Shown piece by piece: positions 41,387-52,023 of a DNA stretch of 64,000 nucleotides. Both the position numbers and the translations under genes were made by a program. Under the pieces are notes generated by a model. It was not told where the DNA came from, did no database searches, and saw nothing but the letters and a program-made list of their open reading frames with translations. Position 1 is the first letter of the stretch; every line of letters begins with the position of its first letter. Source of the stretch: Myxococcota bacterium (GTDB taxonomy: Bacteria; Myxococcota_A; SURF-8; G963663525); assembly GCA_963676915.2 (NCBI GenBank), contig CAXXVK010000006.1, positions 1 to 64,000 on the forward strand, written 5' to 3'.

Positions 41387-42706
41387 TTACGGTTCGACCA
41401 ACACCACCGTCACATCCATTACATTCGTTCGCGTCGGTCCCGTAATGTGCAGGTCACCGATAGCTTCGAAAAACGTCGCGGAATCTTGACGAAATAGCGC
41501 ATCTTTGGCCGAGTGTCCGCACGATTTGCCCTTTTCAACCGTTTTGGCCGACGCAAACGCCCCCGCAGCGTCGGTGGGACCGTCATTGCCGTCCGTGCCT
41601 GCCGCCAAACCATGAATACGAGGCTCGTTTTCGAGTTCCAAGGCCAATGCAAGGGCAAAATGCTGGTTACGCCCTCCTCTTCCGTGACCTTCTTTTAAAA
41701 CCACCGTCGTTTCACCTCCATACAGTAGGCAGACAGGCTTTGTTTCATCCTGTTGCAGGATCTTTTTTGCGGTATCGGCTACGGTTTTCGCTGCCCGTTC
41801 GGCATCTCCAACCAGACGATCCGTAACGATTTCCGCCCGGAACCCCAATTTCTCGGCCTTTTTCGCCGCCGCATCCAAGGCTTGTCGATTGGTCGCCAAC
41901 AGGTGATGACCGACCCGTCCGAAACAACGGTCACCGGGTTTGGGTGTCTCTTCGAGTTCACCGGATAGCCCCTTGCGCAAAACCTCGGCTGCCGACTCAG
42001 GAATACGTTGTTCCAGTTCGTAACGTTCGATCAGATTCCAGGCATCGCGAAAGGTCGAACGATCCGGCGCGGTCGGTCCCGAACCGATGACATCCAGATC
42101 GTCTCCAACAACGTCGGACACAAGCAACGTTCGAACCGTCGCAGGATAAGCCATACGAGCCAGACGCCCACCCTTGATTCGCGAAAGATGTTTCCGTAAT
42201 ACGTTGATTTCGTGAATATCCGCCCCGCATCCCAGCAACAATCGCGTCGTTTCCTGCTTATCATCCAGTGTCATTCCGAGTGCGGGAGCCGCCAGCAACG
42301 AGCTTGCACCGCCCGTAATCGCAACCAGCGCGAGGTCGTTCTCGCCAAGAGTTTCGGCTTTGGCCATCATGCGTTCGGTCGCCGCCTGCCCGGCTTCGTC
42401 CGGCACCGGGTGACTTGCTTCCCATAGTTTGCAACGGGACAACTCCATGCCATGCCCCGTTTTCACCACAATTTCACCACCATCGAGATACGTACCAAGC
42501 AAGGTTTCCAACTCTGCAACCATCGGGGCAGCGGCTTTTCCCGCCCCAAGAACCGTTACCGAATCGAAACGGTCGAGGTCGAAACGTTCCTCCCCGATGT
42601 GCAAAACGTTCCCATCTCTCTCGATGTGGCGACGCACAGCCTCATCCGGGCGCACGGCCTCCAATGCCGAAGAGAAAATCATGGAAAGCGCATCTCTGGG
42701 ATTCAT
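41387..42706 (-). CDS. Glycerate 2-kinase (MOFRL/TtuD family)
   Basis: GAGKAA, HPVPD, TGGASSL, RKHLSRIKGG, SDVVGD, GGETTV, GGRNQ, GPTRTNVMD. Confidence 0.93.
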   Translation of the reverse strand: MNPRDALSMIFSSALEAVRPDEAVRRHIERDGNVLHIGEERFDLDRFDSVTVLGAGKAAAPMVAELETLLGTYLDGGEIVVKTGHGMELSRCKLWEASHPVPDEAGQAATERMMAKAETLGENDLALVAITGGASSLLAAPALGMTLDDKQETTRLLLGCGADIHEINVLRKHLSRIKGGRLARMAYPATVRTLLVSDVVGDDLDVIGSGPTAPDRSTFRDAWNLIERYELEQRIPESAAEVLRKGLSGELEETPKPGDRCFGRVGHHLLATNRQALDAAAKKAEKLGFRAEIVTDRLVGDAERAAKTVADTAKKILQQDETKPVCLLYGGETTVVLKEGHGRGGRNQHFALALALELENEPRIHGLAAGTDGNDGPTDAAGAFASAKTVEKGKSCGHSAKDALFRQDSATFFEAIGDLHITGPTRTNVMDVTVVLVEP

Positions 42707-44001
42707 CGATTTTCCCCTGTAGAAACAGCAGGTTGCAACAATACATACGGACCTTCCGGGACGACGGCAACCCGCTCGTCTCCGCATTGCTCCACCCACG
42801 AAGCCACAGCAGCTTCCAGATCCTCGACGACCTCCACACCGGTCAGCCTCGCTTGTGATTCATCAAGCCCCGGAGCATATAGCACGACATCGGCTTTTTG
42901 CATGGCTTTGACCTGCTCCTGTGTCTGCCACTCGTCGATTTTGGCCCGAGGCCGTTGAAGCATTTCTCGATGAAATTTATATAATCCCTTATTTACCAAT
43001 AACTTCTGAGCCTCGATATAGTCCGCCGACCCAACCCCCTCTCCACAGGCTGACGCCACGAAAATCTTTCCACCCGGTCGAACGGCAGCCATTGCACCGA
43101 CCATAGCCTTGACCGTCTGATAATACGTTCGGTCCAGTGGGTCTCCCGCCGAGGAAGTCAGCACCGTGGAATAGGATTTTTCCACCGTAATTTCACCGTA
43201 GGAACGAAAGAATTCCACAGCACGGGCGTGCCCCTGCTCCAAGGCGCCAAAATCCGCAAAGCACAGTTGCCGTTGTTCGTTTAAAACCACACTGATTCCG
43301 TAAACATCACCGAGTTGATGAAGAATTTCCAGTTGAGCCTCGTGTAACGGATTGTTTTCGAGACAACCCAACGAAGCTCTGGGGTGATCCAGCAAGATCG
43401 GCGCATGCAGTTGACGGATGGTTTTCTCGTGACAGATGCCCGGAGCGATAACCTTTCGCCCTCCTGAATATCCCGCCATAAAATGCGGCTCGACCAGCCC
43501 GGTGACCAGCTTCAAATCCGCTTCGACGAAACGCCGATCCAGACAAACCGGTATCCCCGAACTCGTCGGTTGCAAGGGTACGTGATCTTCATCCGATCGA
43601 GCATAATGATTGGAAATTTTTACCTTTTCCGGTAGCTCTTTCGTTCCCAGCAAGGCATCGAGCCGGGAGCCTTCCACCGGACCATGCAGACCGGTGGCCA
43701 CGAGAATGTCTATCTCTTCGGCGGCTATACCGGCATCCAGCAACCGCCGAATCATCGGAGGCAACAACAATCCGTTGGGTACGGGGCGCGTATCGTCGCA
43801 GATCAGGATACAGGCCGAGCGTTTTCCCCTCGCAAGAGCTTTTAGAGGCAGACTTGCCGATGGATGATCCAATAGCTGTTCGATATGCGACTGCGGTTGC
43901 TCGATCACCGGCATCGGGTGCTTTTCGAGCACATCAACCGTCCAAGCATCCGGCAGAGAAAGCGCCAGACCGTCACAGCCGAAATTCAACGTGATGTCCA
44001 C
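42703..44001 (-). CDS. larA: LarA-family nickel-pincer 2-hydroxyacid racemase
   Basis: ICDDTRPVP, ATGLH, EPHFMAGYSGGRK, YQTVKAM, VPEGPY. Confidence 0.9.
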   Translation of the reverse strand: MDITLNFGCDGLALSLPDAWTVDVLEKHPMPVIEQPQSHIEQLLDHPSASLPLKALARGKRSACILICDDTRPVPNGLLLPPMIRRLLDAGIAAEEIDILVATGLHGPVEGSRLDALLGTKELPEKVKISNHYARSDEDHVPLQPTSSGIPVCLDRRFVEADLKLVTGLVEPHFMAGYSGGRKVIAPGICHEKTIRQLHAPILLDHPRASLGCLENNPLHEAQLEILHQLGDVYGISVVLNEQRQLCFADFGALEQGHARAVEFFRSYGEITVEKSYSTVLTSSAGDPLDRTYYQTVKAMVGAMAAVRPGGKIFVASACGEGVGSADYIEAQKLLVNKGLYKFHREMLQRPRAKIDEWQTQEQVKAMQKADVVLYAPGLDESQARLTGVEVVEDLEAAVASWVEQCGDERVAVVPEGPYVLLQPAVSTGENR

Positions 44002-44020
44002 CCTTTACACCCCTCGCAAC

Positions 44021-45058
44021 TTACCACTTGGCGTAATGATCTTCACAAAAACCGAAAAGTTCCAGCTCGACCGGTCCTTCATCGGTGTGGACCGTTCCTT
44101 TGTAGGTTCCGAACGGTTGGTGCAGGCGACTGGCCACCAATTTGAAATCGATATCTTCGAAACGCTCCGCCGCCGGTTCGAACACCAGATCCAAGCTGCG
44201 GTCGGCGGTATGCAGATTCCAGGGTTTTCCCAAAATGTCTTCCCGGTCGTAGTCGAATAGCACATAGCCAGGCATGAACGGCTTTCCGTCGATCCAAACG
44301 GCGTTTTGCGTGTACGATCCCAACACCAACCCACGGCTGAAATTGATCGCTGCAACGCGCCCGTCTCCCGTTTTTCCCACGGCAGCCGCCCAATTCCACG
44401 TTGTCGTTCGCGGGGGCGTCGACGCGGTCCAGTCAAGCAATCCTAAAGCATCGGGGGCAAGTTCGAGGGTTTGTCCGTCGAGCCGAATTTGCCCTTCCAC
44501 CGGCAATCCGGCGGACTTGTAGGTATAGTGGAATCCGCCATCCATCTGCGGGCAGGCCGTGCTAATACCGGGATAATTTTCCCGGTACTTCAAACGAATC
44601 GAAAACTCGTCTCCGAAAACGACATCGAGCGTCCGAAAGCCATCGATCACGCTGTTGTTCATGACGATGGAACGTTTTCCCTTAAACAGGCAGGTTTCCC
44701 CATTGGCGGGCGTTCGTGAAAATTCCGCACCCAATGCCAAAGGAGCCTTGAGGTTGTATTCCGTGAAAATTTCCGTTTTGCGGTCGTAGACATAAGCGAA
44801 TCCCGTAGCCAGATAATTGACATGCGCCACAGCCGCACCAACTACCAGGTTTTCGTCCATCGCTCCGACAAACTGCCAGCGTTTCAGCAGTTTACAGGCC
44901 AACTCGCCAAACCAGGACCACGGCGGGCGCTTGAGACGGGTGTAAGCAACGCGTTCCACCGCCAGATCGCCGGGAACTCCTGCGTAATTACCGAAAGCCA
45001 CCGTTCCATCCGAAGAAATCAACTGCTCCGGCGGGGTTGCCAGTGTCGGTCCGTTCAT
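44021..45058 (-). CDS. DUF2804-family protein
   Basis: KRWQF, FHYTYK, TTWNWA, NAVWIDG, QPFGTYKG, EDHYAKW. Confidence 0.85.
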   Translation of the reverse strand: MNGPTLATPPEQLISSDGTVAFGNYAGVPGDLAVERVAYTRLKRPPWSWFGELACKLLKRWQFVGAMDENLVVGAAVAHVNYLATGFAYVYDRKTEIFTEYNLKAPLALGAEFSRTPANGETCLFKGKRSIVMNNSVIDGFRTLDVVFGDEFSIRLKYRENYPGISTACPQMDGGFHYTYKSAGLPVEGQIRLDGQTLELAPDALGLLDWTASTPPRTTTWNWAAAVGKTGDGRVAAINFSRGLVLGSYTQNAVWIDGKPFMPGYVLFDYDREDILGKPWNLHTADRSLDLVFEPAAERFEDIDFKLVASRLHQPFGTYKGTVHTDEGPVELELFGFCEDHYAKW

Positions 45059-45097
45059 CGAAAAACCTCCGAGAATTCTATGGGTTACCGTTTCCGA

Positions 45098-46057
45098 TTA
45101 CGCCAGCGTCTGTGCGAACCACTGAGAAACCATCTCGACGCACGGTCCAATGCGGTCGTGGAAGATCATATGCTTGGCTTCGGGTATGACGTGCAGGCGA
45201 TTTTCCGGGAATCCGGCCCGTTTCCACCATTCTTTGCTCGTCTCCAGTGGCAACACTTTTTCTTTTTCCGAAATCAAGCCCATCACCGGGATATCCACTT
45301 CATGGTAACTTTTCTCGGGCCGATAGCCACCGAAATAAGAAACGACGGATCGCAGACTCAGGGATTCGCAATACAGCGGATCTTGATTGATCCCGAGGAA
45401 GTAGTCCACGATGAAAGGATTTTCCGAAAGTTCCCGCACTTTTTCGACATCCATCAGTTTGCGCACCGGAACGGGCGACATGGGCCGAACCATGTTGAGA
45501 AGTTTGAGAAACCGCCCCAACAAGGCTTTGGAAGGATCGGCGAGTTCCCCAGGATACAACCAATTGTGACACAGGGCGCTCCGCAAGCCTTCGAGATCGG
45601 GCAACAGGTAAAACGTGGTAATGCCTCCAAGGCTGGTTCCCATCATCCCGATGCGGTCGTTGAAGCGTTCCCGTGCGAATTCCAATACCTGCGGTAACAG
45701 GCTTTTCATATCCTCTACACGACAATCGCCCCTTACTCCTTCAGAGAACCCATGTCCGGGACGATCCACAGCGATAACGTTGAATCCCCGCTCGGACAAT
45801 TTGGCGAGAAACAGGTAATAAAAGCGTGCGTAATTGGCCATACCGCCATGGAAAATCACCACGGGATCGGTTGGCTTGGAGGAATACACTTCGAGATTCA
45901 CAGCCAGATCGTTCCAGCGGATTTCCTCGCACTGAACCGTCTTGAGCAAGTTACGAGCTTCGGACTCTCCCCCGACAAACTCGTGTAATCCCGGAACGTT
46001 TTGCGCAAAAAGCGGCAAAACCCGCTCGACAAACGCTTCGCCTGCGGCACGGTCCAT
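45098..46057 (-). CDS. Alpha/beta hydrolase (lysophospholipase/monoglyceride lipase-like)
   Basis: FHGG, DRPGHGFSEG, GTSLGG nucleophile elbow, AKHMIF. Confidence 0.88.
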   Translation of the reverse strand: MDRAAGEAFVERVLPLFAQNVPGLHEFVGGESEARNLLKTVQCEEIRWNDLAVNLEVYSSKPTDPVVIFHGGMANYARFYYLFLAKLSERGFNVIAVDRPGHGFSEGVRGDCRVEDMKSLLPQVLEFARERFNDRIGMMGTSLGGITTFYLLPDLEGLRSALCHNWLYPGELADPSKALLGRFLKLLNMVRPMSPVPVRKLMDVEKVRELSENPFIVDYFLGINQDPLYCESLSLRSVVSYFGGYRPEKSYHEVDIPVMGLISEKEKVLPLETSKEWWKRAGFPENRLHVIPEAKHMIFHDRIGPCVEMVSQWFAQTLA

Positions 46058-46133
46058 GCAACTTCCTCCTATGTCCTCGAATCGTAACGGTTTCCGAGAT
46101 TACGGTGTTTGGACGATCCGTAACCTGTTTGCT

Positions 46134-48062
46134 CTATACTATCGAGAGCTTCAATTTCTCTCGAACGTGAAAATACTCTTCGCTGATGGCGTAGTCTTTC
46201 AAGTCACGCTCGATCTCTTCCAAATCTTTCGATTCCAACGAGCAGGGATATTTATGCAACGTCTGCAAAGCAAGGTTGAGATCGTTGACGAGTACCAACC
46301 CCGCCCGAAACGCCGACAATTTCAATCCACGGGCCCACTTTTTCAGGTCGATCGGTCCTATTTTCTGGTAGGCATAGACAAAGTTCTCCAAGGCATCCCG
46401 GTTATTTCCCTTAATTTGCCGATTCATCTTTTTGGCCAGGCTTTCGGCTTCGTCTCGATCGAAGGCCGGTTCATGTCCCGGATCAACCACCAGCCCTGCA
46501 GCGTCGATCAGGTTTTGAATGGTTGTACTTTCTTCGTGAAGAGCCAAAATCACGTCCGGTCGCGCCAAAACGCCATAAGCCGCCATAAGGAACGTCAATT
46601 CACGCCGAGGAAAATCCTCGAAAGCATCGCCACCCAGGGCTACAGCCGGAGGCTGAACCGGCAGGACTTGAACCCAACGATTGAATTCCGGTTTGAGATA
46701 GAATTCCGCCCGTGGAAGATCGAGCGTTTCACGAACGTAACGAATGGTATTGCAAAGACCGGTTTCTTCCCGCAAATCGACACGATGACGCCGCTGCACG
46801 CCCTCGGTTTTCAAAGTGCTGTCCATCAGATTCTTGCACTGGGAATAAACCAGCCAAAGGATCTGTCCCACCATCGGATAACGGCAATCCTCATGCAAAA
46901 CGGCATGAACCCAAGTTTGGCGATCGAGTTGGCCGATAGCCTGCGTTTTCAGGTCAGGCAGGTTTTCGGTATAGAAATCGACAGCTTCCGAGGTTTCTTC
47001 TCCCTCACGGGCCAGTCTTGCTCCGACACAATGTGCCGCATCGAAGCGCTCTTGCGCCATGTAGATTTTCCACAAGGCATGCAATGAAGAAATTTTATCG
47101 GGATCTTGAGCCAACAGACTACGGTGATACCCCAAAGCCACATCGGTTTTCTCGGGAACCAAAGCATATAACTCTGCGATATGCTCTTTGACGCTTTCGT
47201 CTTCGGGCGCCATGCCCAGAACAACTTTCCAGGCTTTGATGCCATCATCCCGCCGTCCGACTTTGTAAAACAGCATATCTCCGAGCTTTTTCCACAGCTC
47301 GATTTTTCGGTCTTTTTCCTGCTCGGAAAGTTTCGATATTTCAAGCGCATAAAGCTGCTCGAGTTTATCCCAGCATTCCCGCTCGATCAGTATTGTTTCC
47401 GCTCGACGCAACAGCCCGACACGCTCCGGGTCCAACGTAAACGCAGCGATGTAAAACGAGGTCGCCTCGACGGGATCGTTTAATTTTTCCTCTACGATCC
47501 TGGCCAATCGCAGGTTCAAGCCGATTTTTCGTTCCAAATCGTTTTCGAGTTTCAACGAAGCTTTCAGCAACGTGAGCGCTTCATCGTAACGCTGCGCACC
47601 CAGTAGCAATTCGGCGACTTCCGTCATCAGGGAAGCATCGGGAGAGCCCTCTTTCAAGGCTTTGTAGTAACAATCCAATGCGCCTTCGAAATCTTTGAGC
47701 TTTTCTAGGTGGTATCTTGCCAACTCCCGCCAGTTTTGTGTTGTTCCCCCTCCAGTAATTTTGGAGAGGCGCTTTTGCTTCCATTCAGCGGCTTTTTGAA
47801 TATTCCCGACGGTTTCGTAAAACGCCACGGCTTCGTCCAGGTACGTTTCGGAATCGGGAGCCAGTTCCAGCCCCTTTTCGAACATCGCCACAGCGTCGGC
47901 ACGTTCGTTAAGATTCAAATGAATCCGAGCCAGCCGAAAATACACCTGCACCAACGACGATAAATCAAGCCGATCCCCGAAGCGTTCCAGCAGCATTTTG
48001 TGCGCCCGTAGGCTACGTGCATCGTCTTTCTGCCGAAATAGCAAATGCGCCAGTCCCTGCAA
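46134..48062 (-). pseudogene. C-terminal part of a large TPR protein (AgmK-like), 5' end missing
   Basis: Begins mid-TPR (LQGLAHLLF) two codons after a TAA, with no RBS; C-terminal AFRAGLVLVNDL..SEEYFHVREKL. Confidence 0.7.
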
Positions 48063-48312
48063 AGATTACGAACGCTGCTGGCGTGGCGAGTACCTGGAGT
48101 GGAGTTGCGTACCTACCTGTACAGACGACGCGGATTGCGCCGAAGGATTAGGCTGCATTCAGGCTGGCTGGGAGTATTCGGAAGGCTGGTGTCTGCCTCC
48201 GGTATGCATCGAGAACGGTTCATGGTCCTGGAGCACGGTGACCAATGGTTTCGTTTGTATTTGTGATTCCGGTTATCGTCGCGATACCGCAACCGGGCGT
48301 TGCGTTCCGTAA
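48055..48312 (+). pseudogene. C-terminal fragment of a Cys-rich/EGF-like protein, 5' end missing
   Basis: CVPTCTDDADCAEGLGC..CICDSGYRRDTATGRCVP*; the upstream part of the ORF is only the antisense of the TPR gene. Confidence 0.65.
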
Positions 48313-48370
48313 GAAGGAATTTTCAATTTGTGATGTTTTATTCCAAAAAGGGAAGAGTTTACAATCAACT

Positions 48371-48435
48371 GTAGCGGCGGAGCGTGAGCCCGCCGAAAAA
48401 TTCATACTCACGGCGGGCTTACGCTTCGCCGCTAC
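48371..48435. repeat. GTAG-type REP doublet (REPIN), family A
   Basis: GTAGCGGCGGAGCGTGAGCCCGCCG, 15-bp spacer, CGGCGGGCTTACGCTTCGCCGCTAC. Confidence 0.82.
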
Positions 48436-48490
48436 AATGCCTTAAATAATATCGGAGTATTTGCACTCATTTCCAAAGTGAGGGTGACGT

Positions 48491-49072
48491 TCAGTTCCGG
48501 AACGTTCCGGGGGGAACTCCGGCCTGACGGCCTTTTTCCTTGGTTTCCAACAACAATGCGTTGGCTTTTTGCAGCTCTTTTTTCAGGCGTTCCAGCTCTT
48601 TTTCGGCTGTGCTCCGGCATTGAGTGGCTGCATGATTGAGTTGCGGATCGATGGCGTCGTATACCGGACAGGATTCCAGCGCTTTTTGCTGTTTGGCTAT
48701 GGCTTTTTTCAACATTGCCTTTTTCGTGCGAATTTCGACGAAAGCTTGTCGCCATAGCTTGTTTTGTTCTTTCCTTAAATGGGTACGTTGACCTGGATCG
48801 ATACCCTCGTACTTGGGACCGGAAAGGGTCGGTTCGGCGGAGTTTTTAAGAAGTTTGCGTGATTTGTCGCGGTAGGCTTCGGGCACCATGTCTTTTCGGT
48901 CCACGAAGTGCGGGACGCCTTTTTCATCTACCCACTGGTAGTAAAACTCCTGTTCTTCTTCCTGTTTTTCCAATGGCAATGGATCGGCCGACGCAACGGA
49001 GGCAATCAACCAGAGAACAATCAGCATGACGATCTTACGTGCCATGGAATACCTCGACTCCAAAGTTTTCAA
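48491..49072 (-). CDS. DUF4124-domain secreted protein
   Basis: Signal peptide; YYQWVDEKGVPHFVD..VPEAYR; coiled coil; RQAGVPPG. Confidence 0.8.
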   Translation of the reverse strand: MKTLESRYSMARKIVMLIVLWLIASVASADPLPLEKQEEEQEFYYQWVDEKGVPHFVDRKDMVPEAYRDKSRKLLKNSAEPTLSGPKYEGIDPGQRTHLRKEQNKLWRQAFVEIRTKKAMLKKAIAKQQKALESCPVYDAIDPQLNHAATQCRSTAEKELERLKKELQKANALLLETKEKGRQAGVPPGTFRN

Positions 49073-49106
49073 TCATTCAAACGACGTTCCCGGATGAAAT
49101 CGTCAA

Positions 49107-49649
49107 TTACTCTTTTTCGTCCGAAAACAAGTCGTCCCAGGGGATGGGGTCATCCAACGTGACGTTGTAGATTTTCTGCAAATCCCAGCCCTCCGACTCC
49201 AACCGTTTCTCGTATAAATATTCTCTTCGGTCCTGTTCGGCCAAGTGGCTTTCGATGGTCTTCCGATCGTGAAATTCTCCTTGTCCGAATCCTGGAGAGA
49301 GTTCGACAAGGTTGTTCCAACCCTCATCATCCACCATAAATTCGGCAAGAAACGGCGCCTTGGCACAGTGCCAGGGTTTTACCTCGTGGATGCTGCATCG
49401 GTGATTTTCGAGAAAAATGCATTGATTCCCGTTCGTTTTCACTACGAGGTAAGGAACGATCATCACCTCATGTTCGTCCTCGTAACGAACGAGGATGTGA
49501 CGGGAGTATTTTTTGATAAATGCTTCCTCGCTCATGTCGAGGTGCTTGGCAATGCGCTCTACGTCGTCGGGATACAAAGGGGCGCAGCCCTGCCAGCTAC
49601 AACAACCGCCGCAAGCGGTACATTTAAAACGGAATCCTTCACCGTACAT
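49107..49649 (-). CDS. YkgJ-family cysteine-cluster protein
   Basis: FKCTACGGCC..CIFL..CSIHEVKPWHCAKAPF. Confidence 0.88.
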   Translation of the reverse strand: MYGEGFRFKCTACGGCCSWQGCAPLYPDDVERIAKHLDMSEEAFIKKYSRHILVRYEDEHEVMIVPYLVVKTNGNQCIFLENHRCSIHEVKPWHCAKAPFLAEFMVDDEGWNNLVELSPGFGQGEFHDRKTIESHLAEQDRREYLYEKRLESEGWDLQKIYNVTLDDPIPWDDLFSDEKE

Positions 49650-50313
49650 GGCTTTTTTCCCAGGTGTCGATTACTGTTTGAATCACTTCGTTCATGCTCA
49701 GGGGACTTGTGTCGATTTCGATGGCATTTGGAGCACTTTTCATAGGAGCGATACTACGGTTCGCATCTCGTTCGTCGCGCTCGATGATGTCGTGCAGAAT
49801 CTTGCTTTCTTCCACTTTCTCCCCGCGTTCGAGCAATTCCAGCGTACGTCGGCGAGCACGGATTTCCGGGCTGGCCCACAGAAAGATTTTCAATTGTGCA
49901 TCCGGGAACACGACCGTCCCCATGTCGCGACCTTCGGCCACCAGATTGCTTCTCTCGGACATGTCTCGTTGGGCCTTCATCAGCGCAGAGCGAACTTCGG
50001 GCAAAACCGCTACACGGCTGGCGCGGTCACCCGCTTCGGGACTACGGATGTCCGATTCCACGTTTCGACCGTCGAGAAACAGCGTGTTTTGTCCTTCCAC
50101 ACGGCGGAATTCAAATGCGGTTTCGGAAATTTTGCGGGCGAGGGCAGGGCCATCCTCGAAGGATATCCCGTTTTCAAAGGCCAACAGTCCAACTCCTCGA
50201 TACAATGCGCCGCTGTCCAGGAAAGAAAATCCAAGTCGTTCCGCAACCTTTTTGCCGACCGAGCTTTTTCCGGAACCGGCAGGACCATCGATACAAAGCA
50301 CTTCGCCCATCAA
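49639..50313 (-). CDS. cmk: Cytidylate kinase
   Basis: [39 protein letters not shown]. Confidence 0.96.
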   Translation of the reverse strand: MMGEVLCIDGPAGSGKSSVGKKVAERLGFSFLDSGALYRGVGLLAFENGISFEDGPALARKISETAFEFRRVEGQNTLFLDGRNVESDIRSPEAGDRASRVAVLPEVRSALMKAQRDMSERSNLVAEGRDMGTVVFPDAQLKIFLWASPEIRARRRTLELLERGEKVEESKILHDIIERDERDANRSIAPMKSAPNAIEIDTSPLSMNEVIQTVIDTWEKSHVR

Positions 50314-51413
50314 CGTCCCTCACCGAGAAAGGTTTTGATCGAATCGTATATCGCGTCCTTGTCTGGGATATCCGAAAGCACGAGGTTTTCCGGCTCCGGG
50401 AAATGCCGTCTCAGGTCTTCCATGTATTGTCCCGAACCGAAGAAGCTTTTCACCTGTCCGTACCCGAACATGTTGACGATGGGAAGGAAATCCTTTTCAA
50501 GCATCGCCAGACATTTCGAGGTGTCGTCGCCGGACCAGTTGTCGCCATCGGAAAACTGGAAAATGTAAATATTCCAGTCGGATACAGGATAGCTGGCCTC
50601 CATGATTTCGAGCGCTTTTTCATAGGCCGAAGAAATCAGCGTTCCTCCCGATTCCTTGGTACGGAAAAACGTTTCGCGATCCACTTCGCGGGCGGTGGCG
50701 TCGTGAATGATGTAACGGGATTCGATTCCTTTGTATTGGCTTTGCAGCCAGGTGTCGATCCAGAAAGATTCCATCCGCACCATTTCTTTTTGCTCGTCGC
50801 CCATCGAGCCGGAAACGTCCATAATGTAAAGAATGACGGCGTTGGTTTGCGGCTCCGGTACGGTTTTCCAGGACCGGTAGCGTTTGTCGTCCCGTACGGG
50901 CATGACGATGGGGTCTTTTTCGTTGTAGATGCCGCTGGAAATCTGTCGCTTGAGAGCTTCTCTGTAGGTTCGCTTGAAATGTTTGAGCGATTCCGGTCCT
51001 ACCTTGCGAATGCCCCGGTAACGGTCGATGGTCGTGGTGACCTTGGCGCTTCCTTTGGGTTCGATGCGGGGGAGCTGAAGCTCTTCCCCAAGGATTTCGG
51101 CCAATTCCTCGATGGTCAGTTCCACTTCCAGACCGTGATCCCCTGGCTGGTCCCCGGCTTTTCCGGTTCCCGGACCTTCCTGCGGATCGCCTCCCAGCGA
51201 ATCTCCTACATCGCCTTCACCCTGTCCGGTTCCACCCATCTGCTTGTCACCGAACTTGAATCGAGGGGTTTCGATCTGCGGCATGGGGACGGTGATTTTG
51301 TCCTTCCCCTTTCGACCGATCATCTCCCCTTGGGTGATGTATTTTTTCAGGTCTTTTTTTACCCGACCGCGAACGATCTGTTTGAAACGGTTATGATCTT
51401 TGTGGATCGTCAT
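50310..51413 (-). CDS. YeaH/YhbH (DUF444) vWA-domain protein
   Basis: [41 protein letters not shown]. Confidence 0.92.
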   Translation of the reverse strand: MTIHKDHNRFKQIVRGRVKKDLKKYITQGEMIGRKGKDKITVPMPQIETPRFKFGDKQMGGTGQGEGDVGDSLGGDPQEGPGTGKAGDQPGDHGLEVELTIEELAEILGEELQLPRIEPKGSAKVTTTIDRYRGIRKVGPESLKHFKRTYREALKRQISSGIYNEKDPIVMPVRDDKRYRSWKTVPEPQTNAVILYIMDVSGSMGDEQKEMVRMESFWIDTWLQSQYKGIESRYIIHDATAREVDRETFFRTKESGGTLISSAYEKALEIMEASYPVSDWNIYIFQFSDGDNWSGDDTSKCLAMLEKDFLPIVNMFGYGQVKSFFGSGQYMEDLRRHFPEPENLVLSDIPDKDAIYDSIKTFLGEGR

Positions 51414-52023
51414 AGGCTTATCCTTTGTCTTCGGAACGCTTGACGAAAAATTTTCAGAACAATCTATCAAGTGTTACACGAACGCTTCCCATACCGTCGT
51501 GCAAACTCTCCATTTTTTGATTGTACCATAAATTTCGGGGAAAGAAATGGTGCTCGATACCCAATTTCATGAGATTTTTTTCAATCGAACCAAAGAAAAT
51601 TCCGATTCTTCAATTTTATATCTTCAAAAGTGATGTGGTTGAAGAAATGCGAAATGGTTTTCGATTCTACGTGGGACTACAAAGGCAAAAATAGAAAGTA
51701 GTTATTCTTAATTATGTTAATTATGGTTTGATGTGCTTTTTTTCTTCAATACCGGCAAATTTGTTCCGAATGTTGAAAAGAAGCGGAAACGATCCAAGAA
51801 ACATTGCGATAGTGACGAAAAACCTATATAGTTAACAAGAGGTGAAAACCATCAAAAAAACGAGGGGCAGATCATCCTTTATGGATGAGAAGGTTCTAGG
51901 CGTTTGATGGGGGAGCGCATGAGCAATAATCGACAGAGGAATCCCTGTTCGGATGGGTTCCAGGTCTTGAAACGTTCTGATCGATAGGCGGCGTAGTGTT
52001 CTCATCGTTGGAAAGGCAGGAGT

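Noticed and set aside
51470-52023. c-di-GMP or other riboswitch upstream of pilB
   Set aside because: No recognisable conserved aptamer motifs by eye; an Rfam/Infernal scan is needed.
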